The notes under the pieces: generated by a model
Told to the model about the DNA's origin: nothing
The model's input: the letters and a program-made list of their open reading frames with translations, nothing else
Database searches by the model: none
Source: Pelomyxa schiedti
Lineage: Eukaryota; Protista; Evosea
Assembly (NCBI GenBank): GCA_020536535.1
Contig: JAHLWZ010000505.1
Coordinates: forward strand, 62,001 to 126,000
Direction: 5' to 3'
Length of the DNA stretch: 64,000 nt
Program-made: the position numbers and the translations under genes
Shown: positions 53,413 to 64,000 of the stretch, in pieces
How the letters are laid out: each line of letters opens with the position of its first letter
Numbering within the stretch: the first letter of the stretch is position 1

Positions 53413-54754
53413 CACTCAAACCGACAAAATTCGCGAATCAACGCAGGGAGAAAGAAAAAAAAAAAAGAAAATCGAAATTGGTCATAAAATGCCAGGATCT
53501 GGGGACAGGTCTGTATCAATCACTTGCAACTAGAACCTTCTCTTTGCAAAGTGATGACAACTGTGGACTGGCTACTTCTATGAAGGCTGTGTGGAGGGAA
53601 TCATGAACCAAGTTGGGAGAACAGGAATGAGGACCACAAGCCAATAATGGACCGCCAGAGCTCATGTGATTTGATTGAGATTGCTTTGTTGTTGGCGACA
53701 GGTGAGGTGAGTGATGTTAAGGTTCTTGGGTCGCAGTTGGAGTGTCAGTCTTTGCTGTCGCCTTGATTGAGGTTAGTTTGACTTTTTGGACTCAGTGATT
53801 ACCTTGGGGATTTCGATTTTTAGAACTCCAGCCGGGAGGTCAAAGGATAAATATTATTATGAGCAGTACCGCCAGGAGAATGAGCCGTGGAACTGCTCTA
53901 AGGAGTGTGGAGTATTCTCTGGTTTCAATATATTGGATACAGTTCCAGTTATGTATACAGGTCTCATACTCCCACGTCGGCATTGGGTCCCCCTCGAAGG
54001 TCAGTAGTGATGGTATACTTGTCAGCACCATCCACCACATTGCCTGCTGGGAAGTTTCCTTGAGTAGTCAAGTTCGCAACAACTCCACATTTTACTTGGA
54101 ATGCATCCCCCATTTCACTTCCTTCACACCTACTTATCTTATTAAGTACATGAACCTCAACCAACCAACCAACCAACTTCGCCACAAACACACCAGACTT
54201 CCTTCCCATATTTGTCGCCAGCCATCCACGGGTCAGCGAACTCGGCACGAAACCTATCAGCCCAAAGGGTCGGAGATGGGTCGCCTCCATCACGACGCCT
54301 TACGCCCTCACTCTTTTAGGTGTCATCAGCCCCATCGCACCTCTCTTGTGTGCTCCCTGTCTCCTCGTGCGTCGTCGAAGAGTGGTTCCTACATGAGATG
54401 GGGGAGCTATGAACCGCCAAAGCTCTGGAATTAACCCTGTGCTGTGTGATCATTTTTTTTTTTTTGGGAACCGGGTAGGGCAGAGTAAAATCCTGTGGAG
54501 CCTGGTTTGGTGGGAATGGTAACACAGTGGGTCACAAAGTAACAGACTTGTATTTTGAAGCAATAGGGAGGGAGGGAAACATTAGGGTTGTGGTTCCTTT
54601 TATGGCGTTCTCATCCTGTTCTGTACAAGCAAAATTTGGCTGGAGCCAGTAAAAGGGCAGGCAGTTGTACTCTGATACTGTGCTGATGTAAATGTTTTTA
54701 TTATGTCACGTGTGGTTGCCTTCATTCCATCCAATAGTAAAGCCCGTCCAAGTA

Positions 54755-57019
54755 CTAACAAAGAGAGGAACTTTGACTCGGCACTGTGCACTGGGTGGGA
54801 TTAAGGATAACAGTGTTTGTTGCTTGTGCTTCAGGGGCTTCGCGTTTCTTCTTCCTGCTTTTTGATTTCTTTTCGCTCCTCTCCATGCATCCACTGGCAC
54901 TCTTACTTCGAGTTAGCTTTCCTCCATGCTCTTGAGCAGCCGCAGCAAGTTGTTGTAACTGCGATGATTTTCTTCTATGTACATGTTTGCGCTGAGGGGT
55001 GCTAATTTGAGATGGATCAAGATATTGTATGGCATTTGCTTGTGGTGGGAGTGCGCCTTGTAGTACAGGTTGCATCTGCACCAATTGTGCCGGTTCTATT
55101 GCGACGATCTGTGGAGCAGCCTCTAATGTCGACATAGGTTGGTTGGAAACTGGGATATCAAGTTGTGGCATGCCAGGGTTTTGTGATTGTTGCTGCATCA
55201 ATACCGGTTGCTCTTGCTGTAATGCGTGTTGTGGTTGAATCATCTGCATTTGTTGTGGTTGTATCATCTGCATTTGTGGCTGTTGTATCATTATTTGCGG
55301 TTGTCCTTGTTGGATTTGTGGTTGCTGGATTTGTGTTGCGGGAAGTGAATTTGTTGTAGTTGAGGAGGGAAGGCCATCAGGGGTAGCACTGGTGGAAGAT
55401 GTGCATAACTGTGCTTCTTGTTTCAACTGCATCTGCAAATTTGGTAATAAGTCTCCAGTGGGAGGAGGGGGTGCTGTTTGTGTCATAGCAGAGTTTGGGG
55501 ACCCGGCCAATATCTGAGCTGCCGCTTCAGCAATTAGTCTCAATCTAGTGTTGTGGTCACTTGGAGAGTTGCCTATGGTCGATGCAGCAGTAAGTGGAAC
55601 CGGGACATGGTAATCTGGGTTCAATGCCGGCGGAGAAGCATCCAACCGCTGCTTTTTTGCCCACTGAAGGCCGCAGGCATTGCAGAGTCTAAAAAATATT
55701 GAGTTCTACAAATTTTACTAATGAGGAGTACGTTGCAGGGCCATCGGGACCCTTTCTCCATTCAGGTGTATTCTTTCGACCACATAAATGGCAGAATAAC
55801 TTCGTTTTATCCATGTGTGCTGGTCGCCTTCTGTGTATTGGCTAATAATGTGAGTACACGAGAAATACTTAAGCGGCATTACTTTGTGGGGATTCCGGAC
55901 TTTGTCAAAGTGAGATTGTGGGGGGAGTGTATTAGCTGCTGGGTCTTGGGGAGGAGGTGGGTACTCTAAGAGGGAGGCACTACCAACAGGTGGAGGAGGT
56001 GTTGGGGTCATAGGAGACGGAGTGCAAAAGCTACGGTTACTGTTAGAAGCAGGCGACGCTAGAAGTTCCACAGTCTCTGGAGAACCCATTCCTGTTGCTA
56101 CGCAAGCAGGTGGGTACGAATTCAATCGTGAAAGAGGAGGCCGTTGAACGTAAGCTGATTGTGGTGTATCTGTTAGGCAAGAAGTGGACCGTTGGAGAGG
56201 AAGTGGAGAAGACGGCTGAGAGGCCTTTTCAGTTTGCATAGGGTCTTGTAATGGGCATGACAAGTCGTTCTGCTGTTCCAACTTTTGTGTAGTGTCTGTT
56301 GGCATACTAAGACCTACAGTGTTCGTGCTTGAAATAGGATTACCATCAGTAGAAACTGAGATAGGGACTTCTTCTTTCGGATCACTATTGACATCTACAG
56401 CAGGTATACCTTCGGTAGTGTTACTAGCGCACTGGTCAGGCTTTGCAGCCGAATTGGCTTGGTCGAGTTCAGCAGTCTCGGATCGAGAGCGACGCCCTGC
56501 TAACCGTGAGGGATTGAGCAACCAGTTTATATGGCACTTGTTTTTTGTTTGCGAATCACCAGAAGTTGACGGGGAACCAGGAGACTCCAGCGGAGTCGGA
56601 GGCGAAGTATTCGTAGCGCACGCCGCTGATGCCGCCGCGTCGTCGCCGCTCGTCGTCGACGAGGATGGAGCAGAATTGCAAGCCTCTTCCACAGGAATCA
56701 GCCCCACCTCAGAGCTCTGCGAGTTTTCATTTTCCGGCGATGAAGAATTCGCCGCCGCCGCACGAGAACTTACGTCGCTCGCCAGGCGCGAGCCAACGGC
56801 GCCGCCGCTAGTGTTGTTGAGATCTACGCACGGCGAGGAAGACGAAGATGCGGTCGAATCCACAACGCCCCTTGTGCAGTTGTTCACAGATAATGAAGAC
56901 GACTGCGAACACTGTGGAGTTACGCTGTTTTGACTTCCTGCACTCTCACCCTCTGGCTCTGGCGTAGAGAGATCCGAAGGGGAGCCTCCTTCCGATACAG
57001 ATCGCCTAGATCGCAGCAT
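54755..57019 (-). CDS. GATA zinc-finger transcription factor (3' end approximate)
   Basis: Spliced CHLCGRKNTPEWRKGPDGPAT/LCNACGLQWAKK (CX2CX18CX2C) between S-rich and Q-rich regions. Confidence 0.88.
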
Positions 57020-57216
57020 CTGTTATTATTTTTTTCTTTTATGTTTTGCTTTTTGTGCTGTGGCTGCAATTTTTCAAGCTCGTAAAAATAAACGAATAAC
57101 CGGCTCGGTAATTTTTAGCAGATCCGAATCTGAACGGATTGATGCCAAAAAAAAGCCCTGCCAGAACAAGTGTAAGGTACTGCGGAGAGTGCGTTGCACG
57201 AAAGAAACCTTCACGT

Positions 57217-59174
57217 TTAGCAGTGGTTTTCTGCGAGGGCATGGTGTTGTGCTATGAAAGACTGCAGTTCTGGGAGGGAACAAGGCATTTGGAAGCACCT
57301 TTGGGGTTGTGTGTGGAGAGTGGAGAGTTCGTTGGGCACTGTCACGTGCGGTGATATGCCGGCCAAATCGCACGCTGCTTGGAACTTAGCTGGATGCGCT
57401 GTGGCCAAGCAAATCACGTAAGGAGTCGGCGGGCGAGCGAGTGATACTGCGTGGATCCCTTTGGGAATTACCGGTAAATAGTAGAAGATAATGGCACACC
57501 AACTGCTGTGTGAGGGCACACGGAAACGCCAAATTGAGAGTACACTGACTTAATGGTTTCGACGGTATCACTATCACTAACTTCGGCAGACAAAAACTCG
57601 GCTTGGACCTGAAACATATTAGAACGATTGAAGTGAAGAATTTCAACCCTTGCAAGCAGCGCCTTTTCAATGGAAAATGAATGCTGTTGCTGAAAAGTGG
57701 TCATCCATTCCGACACTTGCGCACAGTTACCACCGGACAGATAGTACAAGTACCGTTCAAAGTTGGACACAACCTTTGTGAGTGAGTTAGCTTTACTTAC
57801 TTATTTTCGTTGCAACTTGAATATCCATAGCAGGGCTATGTGTATGAAAAACAGTAGGCATCTTTGCGTAAGTGCCAGTAGATATGAAACGATGCATAAC
57901 GTCATTAGCATTGGTAGCAACAACTAAACGCAGGATCGGCAAGCCCAATTGCTTCGCATAGAAACCTACAGGTTGTTACTGGGAAGAGTTAGGGGCCACT
58001 TGAAATACCTGCCAGTACATCACCAAAGTTACCTTTTTTTTTTTTTTTAGCAAATAAGCTAAATGGATGAAATACCTGTGGGAACAGAAAAGCAGACCTC
58101 TGGGAGTGAACTTGAGTGAAAATTGATGGTTTCTAAAAACTGGTAGTAAAGATGAAAGTAGTATGTAATCTGCACAGCAATCCTTGCCCAGTTGATGGAA
58201 TTTACAGCACAAAGATGATGAGTGCTCTAGGAAAGTCAAAGAGAGAACATCTCTGTCAATTATAACACAGATAAACCTTGAACCTTGAATCGTGAAAGGC
58301 TGCTTTTACCAAACTCTGTACAATCAGGACACGAGATTGGTGGAGTTAGTTATTACCTGGCAGTCATCAAAGGTACCCTGTATTGCAATGTTGTATACAT
58401 TAGCGTCCATTACAGTAACCATCTTTGTAAAGTAAGGTGAGGAAAATGAGATAATCTGCAAGCCAACCTGCAGTCGTTGAATGTCAGTCACACGTCCCTC
58501 AGGGTGAAGCATGAATACGCGCACGTTACTTTTGCCTTTGAAGGCTGCATAGAGAAGAGTAACTATCACGTTCTTGGTTTCACACCCCTCCCTCCAACAC
58601 CAAGCAACCATGGATGGCTGCACTGCCAGTATCCCCGGAAGTAGCGCCTAGTACAGTGGCATCTGTACTATCCCCTTTGTGGTTTTCGAGGATGTGTTCC
58701 ATCAACACCCCAATAAACTGAAGTGCCACATCTTTGAAGGAGAAGGTAGGCCCATGAAACAGTTCACCAATGAACATCATCTGTTCTCCCACAGACGCAT
58801 TGGGAGAGGTTCTCTGAAGAGGTCTGAGAGGTACAGGATTGCTTGGAAACGAAGAAAAACTCTTTTTCACAAGCGGGGTCAACTCCTCAACTGAAAAGTC
58901 TCCGCTGCAAAACCATCAGAAAAAAAAAAGAATGACAGCATTCCCATTCCCACTTGAGAGCGATAGGAAAACGAAAAGCTTACCCAACAAACAATGAAAG
59001 TAACTTCACCACAAGGTCACAGAAACTGAGGGATCTCCAGCTGTGAATAAGATGCGGATCTAACGCCGGCACGTGGACAGGGACAAACAGGCCCCCATCT
59101 TCCGCCATGCCTTTGACCACCGCTTGTGTGAACGACGTTCCCGGCTCACCACCACGCGTACTTACGTATTGCAT
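57217..59174 (-). CDS. thrC: Threonine synthase (fungal/proteobacterial-type, PLP)
   Basis: MQYVSTRG, GMAEDGGLFVP, ELFHGPTFSFKDVALQ, ATSGDTGSAA, GTFDDCQ, AVNSINWAR, VPTGNFGD, SNFER, CPHTAVG, ATAHPAKF. Confidence 0.95.
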
Positions 59175-59473
59175 TTTATGTTCAGAAAACAAAAGTTTTT
59201 ACCCCGAACAAAGATCGCTCCAATTTTCCTCCAGTCGTTTCCGGCTGTCTGAGTGCACTCCCCGGCTGATGTGCCAATCAAATCCAGCACTGCGAGCGAT
59301 CTGGTCAATCTACAGCGAGATGGAATGATGCAATTGCAGCAGTAGAAAAGAAGCACAAAAGGGTAAGAAAGTGTGGAGGTACACCCTTGCCAAATTAAAA
59401 CAGAGCTCTGTAAAAAAAGAGCGTAAAAAAACTGCGAAAAAAAAAAAAAAAGAGTCACCTTGCCCCTCAGCAG

Positions 59474-62109
59474 ATGGTCAACCTGTTGGTGTTAGTGACG
59501 ACACTCCTCGTGTTGTTTGTTGCAACAATACTGTGGCTTAGATCTGGGAAAAAAAAAGTAACCGACCCGTCCGTTTTTTTCCCCGCCCCCCTCCCCTCCT
59601 CGTAGTAGCACTACGCTCGTTCCCACGCCAGTAACGACCGCACAGGTTGAGGCAGCTCCACCCCCAGTCGCCACTCCCACTAAATTGGTCGAACCTGCCA
59701 ACACTCCAGATGTTTCCCCAGCGCCAACAGTTACACCAACACCAATTCCACCCCCAACACCAGCACCCATGCCCACACCGACTCCAACAGTTGTACCAAC
59801 ACCAACACAAACTCCAGCTCCAACACCAACACCAACACCAGCAACTCCCACTCCCACCCCAACGCCCACACCCACTCCAGTGGTTACTCCGACACCCGCA
59901 CCGGCACCGGCACCGGCACCAGCACCAACCCCAGTTGTTGCACCAACGCCCACTCCATCACACACACCAGTGGTTACTCCAACACCCACCCCAACACCCG
60001 CACCAACCCCAGTTGTTGCACCCACGCCCACTCCAGCACCCACACCAGTGGTTACTCCAACACCAAAACCACTGCCGTCAACAGAAGCACCAGCACCCAA
60101 ACTTCCGGAAGTAGCCGCAGTAGCCCCGGAACCAGCCCCATTCTCAGAAGTGACACCAGTAGAAAAAGTGGAACTTATTTCCCCTGCCCCAAAGACTGAA
60201 CTTCAACTTCCTTTGGAGGTAAAACCCACGCCTACACTCACGCCTGAGCCCGAAGTAAAAGCTAAGGATGAACTCTCTGTGGACCAAAGTAAAACATCCG
60301 AAGATACTCAGCCAACACTGGAAATTAAACCCCAACACCCTGCATCAGATCCAGTAGTCCCCTCCGAACCTGAGAAATTGCCTGTCACACCTTCTTCTGA
60401 GGTTCTACAAATCCCCACAGGCACTGAAGCTGTTGCACCATCTCTTGACAACACTATAACAACTGAGCAATCTGTACCACCTCAACCAACTCTTGCAGTT
60501 AATACTGAAACCCCCAGTATTGTACCAAGCAAACCAGAGAATGACGAACATCATGAGCCCAGTATCATTGAAGTGAAGACGGATGAAACAGTGAAACAAG
60601 TTACTGAACCAGACACTACCGCAGAGACTAAAAAACCTATTGCACCAGAAAGCACAGCCACTGATGTAGAAAAAGGTGGCAATCAACTGGTTCCTACAGT
60701 ACTTCCAACAGCGTTGCCAGTACAAAGTGGTCCAGTATCAGTCCCTGTAACTCCACCTTCCCCACTTCCACCCACTCCTCTTCCTGCAGTTCTTCCTTTA
60801 GATCTTCCGTCAGATCTTCCCACAGTCCTTCCAGGGATCCCTTCACCTCTTCCTTCTTCCCCAGCAGTTCCTCCTTCACCGCTTCCCGCTGTTCCACAGC
60901 AACCCCATCCACAGCATCGCGTACCCAATGCTGCTCCTCCACCACCACCACCAACCACGGCACATCCCCCACTTCCTTCTGTACCTACTACTTCGGCTGC
61001 TCTCAATCTTCCAACAGCAACACCTCCAACAGCCTCACCCTCTACAACTCTACCTACTGTACGCTTTGAAGGTGGCGAGTTTCTGCAGAAACTGCCCTCC
61101 TTCTTGGCGGATGGGCCAGCAAATCGCTGGTTCCCAATGGATGGCACATCTTTGAGTGTACCTTTCTAAACTTCTTTAGAGTGGGAAAACCTATTCCATT
61201 TACCATGTGTAGGTACGTGGAGCAAATTACTTGGTGGACAAAGTTAAATATGCATCTCTGCCTGCAGGACTTGATCTGTATGCCTTAGATCTTATGAAGG
61301 TCTCATTTTCCCCCTTGTTTCCGAAATTGACTCCTTGTGTAGGCTTCACGCCGAATTGACCATATTATGGATCACCCACAGTGCCCTCTGAAGCCTCTCC
61401 TTGGGAAAACCCCCACAAAATACTTTGTGGTTTGTTTTCAGGTAAAAAAATCTTTTTTAACTGGGCCTTCCTAATTTGCCCAAGGTACCAATGGATGGAA
61501 GTGTGATGCATTTCACTGCTTACTCCAAAATACCCGACCCCCCATCCCCAAGGCTTTCAGATCCCGCGTATATTCACTTTATACTCTTTGTTCGCTTTTT
61601 ACCTGACCATCAATATGTTTTATCCTCCAGATGGAGAATTCTTCAAAAGTGCATGAACCCGGCAACACCTGATATCTATAGGAATACCCGTCTAAAAATC
61701 ATTCCTTCCTTGGCAGTAGGCAACTGGATAGCCAAAAAAGCTGGTTTCTAATTTTTTACCTCCTTCCTGTCTAGTAATGTTCTTTTAGTTGGTAACAAAC
61801 CAGCAATCCTAGGGAACAAATTAACGTGCAAGTATTATTGCCCTATCAATCTTGATTTCCGCACTAACTTATCTAAGGTATTTTACACGCCCTGAGTACT
61901 TCGAAGTTGATGTGGACGTTGGCTCCAGCTATGCCGGCACGTCAATCTTTGGTGTTGTGAGAAATTACATCAAATCACTGGTCATTGACCTTGCAATGCT
62001 GTTTGAAGGACAGGAGACCGCCGAACTGCCGGAGCAAATTCTGTTTGCAATGCGCTTGTATCACGTGGACCTGGAATCCATTTTCCAAAGGATACCCTGG
62101 TACAGGTGA
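59474..62109 (+). CDS. DUF1336/EDR2-C domain protein with N-terminal membrane anchor and Pro/Thr-repeat stalk
   Basis: MVNLLVLVTTLLVLFVATILW; (PT)n repeats; VRGANYLVDKVK, RNTRLKIIP....WIAKKAVGNKPAILG, YFEVDVDVGSS, LVIDLAMLFEGQETAELPEQI. Confidence 0.85.
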
Positions 62110-62311
62110 AGATGTGTGCAAAACACACGCTCCAAGTGCACTCGGAATGGAAACAAACTCCAGAGTGCCCTACGCCTGCTGATATTTCTGACTATACTAT
62201 CTCCACCATTAATGTTTTTTCATGAAAAGGAATGGTGTGGTTGTAGCTCAGCATTCCTGTTTTAAAAAAACAAACCTCGTTTTGGAAAAAAATCACAAAA
62301 ACAAGCTTCTT

Positions 62312-64000
62312 CTAGGCGTTGTGGTTTATTGGTGTGAGGCCACAAACGAGGCCTGTGGTTGGGTCTCGTAGAGTACAACCAGCGGGCAGAGTAATGAGTC
62401 CTTGTTCCCATCCACTGAGCTGTTTGAGGTCATCTAGGACCTGGTTGGTCCCCCAGTAGGGGTGTTCGCGGATATCACCTATGAACTTGGTTGAAAAATA
62501 GTGGGGAAGGGAGTTTGTGTTTACCTGTTGTATTGTGCGCTAGGGTTACACATTCAATTCCGTTGATTGTTACTGTGTGGTAAGAGTCGAGAACCAGGCT
62601 GTAAACGAAGTCGCATTTGCGTGGAACGCACTTCTCAATTTGTGCTGGGAACTGCCACTTTCCATCCACATAGATAGGGTGCCACGGTGTAATAAGTAAA
62701 CCACCACTGAGTTCGACCATGCATTCTTGCCCCTCATTGCACTCGGTTCTTAGTATGCACTTTATGACGGCGGGACCTGTGCTTGAAACGGTATCTCCGC
62801 TGTGCAAGTCACATACTTTTTTCCATGAATTGTCAGCCATGAGTATCATGCAGTGACCAGCAAAGCACGGATTGGATGAACAGTTATACGAACTCATGCT
62901 TGTCACACTTGTCTGACTGGCCCTTGAAGAAGTACTTGATGAAGTACTTGATGAGGTGCTGCTGGGGGGTTTTGCCTTGACTTGCGGTACGGGTGGTGGA
63001 AGTTTGACGAATATGTCATCAGCTTCATCCCGCAGCTTGCCTTTTTATTTTTTTGGTTGGCTATTATTTTGAGTACCGAAAATACCAAAGAGTTCACTTC
63101 CATAGACTTGGACTCCAGGATCCTAAGTGAGTAGTTTAGGAACCTAAAACAACAACTAATACCTTGAAGTTGTTGCACTGCTCTAAAAAGTGAGCTCTCC
63201 ATAAAGATGGGAGATAGTGCTTCCCCCATTTATTGTACCAGTCCTGTCTTGGGATTATTAGAAACGACACTTGCCGAATAGTCAATACACCTGCTGAAAG
63301 CTTCTGTTGCTTGTCCACTAGCATCTTGAAGGAGGGCTGCCAATCGAGGGTCGTCTAATGCCGGCGAGGCTTGGATTTCAGTAACCACGGACGCTACCTT
63401 CCCTTGAGCTCCTGTAAGAGTTGCTCTCATTCCGGTATTTATTGCTTCACAAAATAGGAGCCTGAACTTGTGCATTTGAATCTCAGAGGTGTCGCTTGTC
63501 ACCGAGGTGCTAGAAGCAGAGGTATCTGCTGGAGGGGCTGTGGGTTCTACATACTCACAGGTTACACAAGTCTCGGATGTCTCCGCCACTGCACGGTAAG
63601 TGATGGCTATTCGGGCACATGGTTGACCAGGGGGTGGTACATGGTCGAGGTGGCAGACAATATGCCGTGGTTGACCGTACTGAAGGGGAGGGATGGAAAT
63701 CTCAGCATTGTCGTTACTTTTTACATCAGTGTAGCCATAAATCTTTCCAATGGTACAGCCGGGATGTGGTAGAATACGTAGGATAGCTGGAGTAGTCATT
63801 GTTGTGAGGAGATTGGCAATAGCATGAACAAATGTGGTGCCCTGTAGCAACTTGCTTAATGGCACAATCAAATTGAAAAAAAACTTTACCACAAATGAAC
63901 TGTCAGGAATGAACGCATAAATGCCATTTCCAACCAATGCAAAGTCATTCATGAGTTTACTGTCTAAGTTGTACCTGAAGTGAAGTGAGAGAAGGTCGAG
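62312..64000 (-). CDS. VWA-Vwaint-Hint (Vint) protein, 5' part outside window
   Basis: GNGIYAFIPD..V/GTTFVHAIAN, DWYNKWGKHYLPSL..AH..EQCNNFKDPGVQ (Vwaint), PCFAG..ADNSWKKV.DL..GD.V, LLITPWHP, VYSLVL..HTV.INGIECVTLAH, HPYWGT. Confidence 0.88.

Noticed and set aside
53530-54434. ORFs in the spacer between the LRR and GATA genes (also 49440-50030 and 5630-6020)
   Set aside because: No recognisable motif or consistent exon structure; may be decayed fragments but unsupported.
59700-60110. Tandem (PT/PA)n repeats, plus similar repeats at 7660-7800 and 15750-15910
   Set aside because: Coding low-complexity repeats with no unique spacers; not CRISPR or satellite.

Overview
Gene-dense, intron-rich eukaryotic (protist) DNA. 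Most introns are short (about 35-120 nt) GT-AG, intergenic spacers are very short, and many proteins are P/Q/T/S low-complexity; the style resembles an archamoeba such as Pelomyxa (inference only). About 25 protein genes can be reconstructed by splicing: WD40 AAMP/Sqt1-like, zinc-finger Nudix, secreted cyanophycinase, ZIP transporter, TPR protein, RasGEF, ZSWIM7, ERI1-like exonuclease, SLC19 carrier, myotubularin, Cdc25, BRCT protein, Zn-type macrodomain, three intronless paralogues of an unknown family, HSL-type esterase, 3' half of a DHX40-like helicase, LRR protein, GATA factor, threonine synthase, DUF1336/EDR2-C protein and a VWA-Hint (Vint) protein. Main oddities: (1) an apparent single-nucleotide exon completing the catalytic HCSDGWDR motif of myotubularin; (2) a structured dispersed repeat (3 copies), two of which bracket an intron-containing GH3 beta-glucosidase fragment; (3) a ~250-nt foldback hairpin; (4) a macrodomain gene split by 8.8 kb between a poly-A run and an N-gap, probably a mis-join; (5) paralogues sharing a near-identical 142-bp GC-rich cassette ahead of diverged bodies. 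No rRNA, tRNA or CRISPR was recognised. All gene models are manual and unverified.
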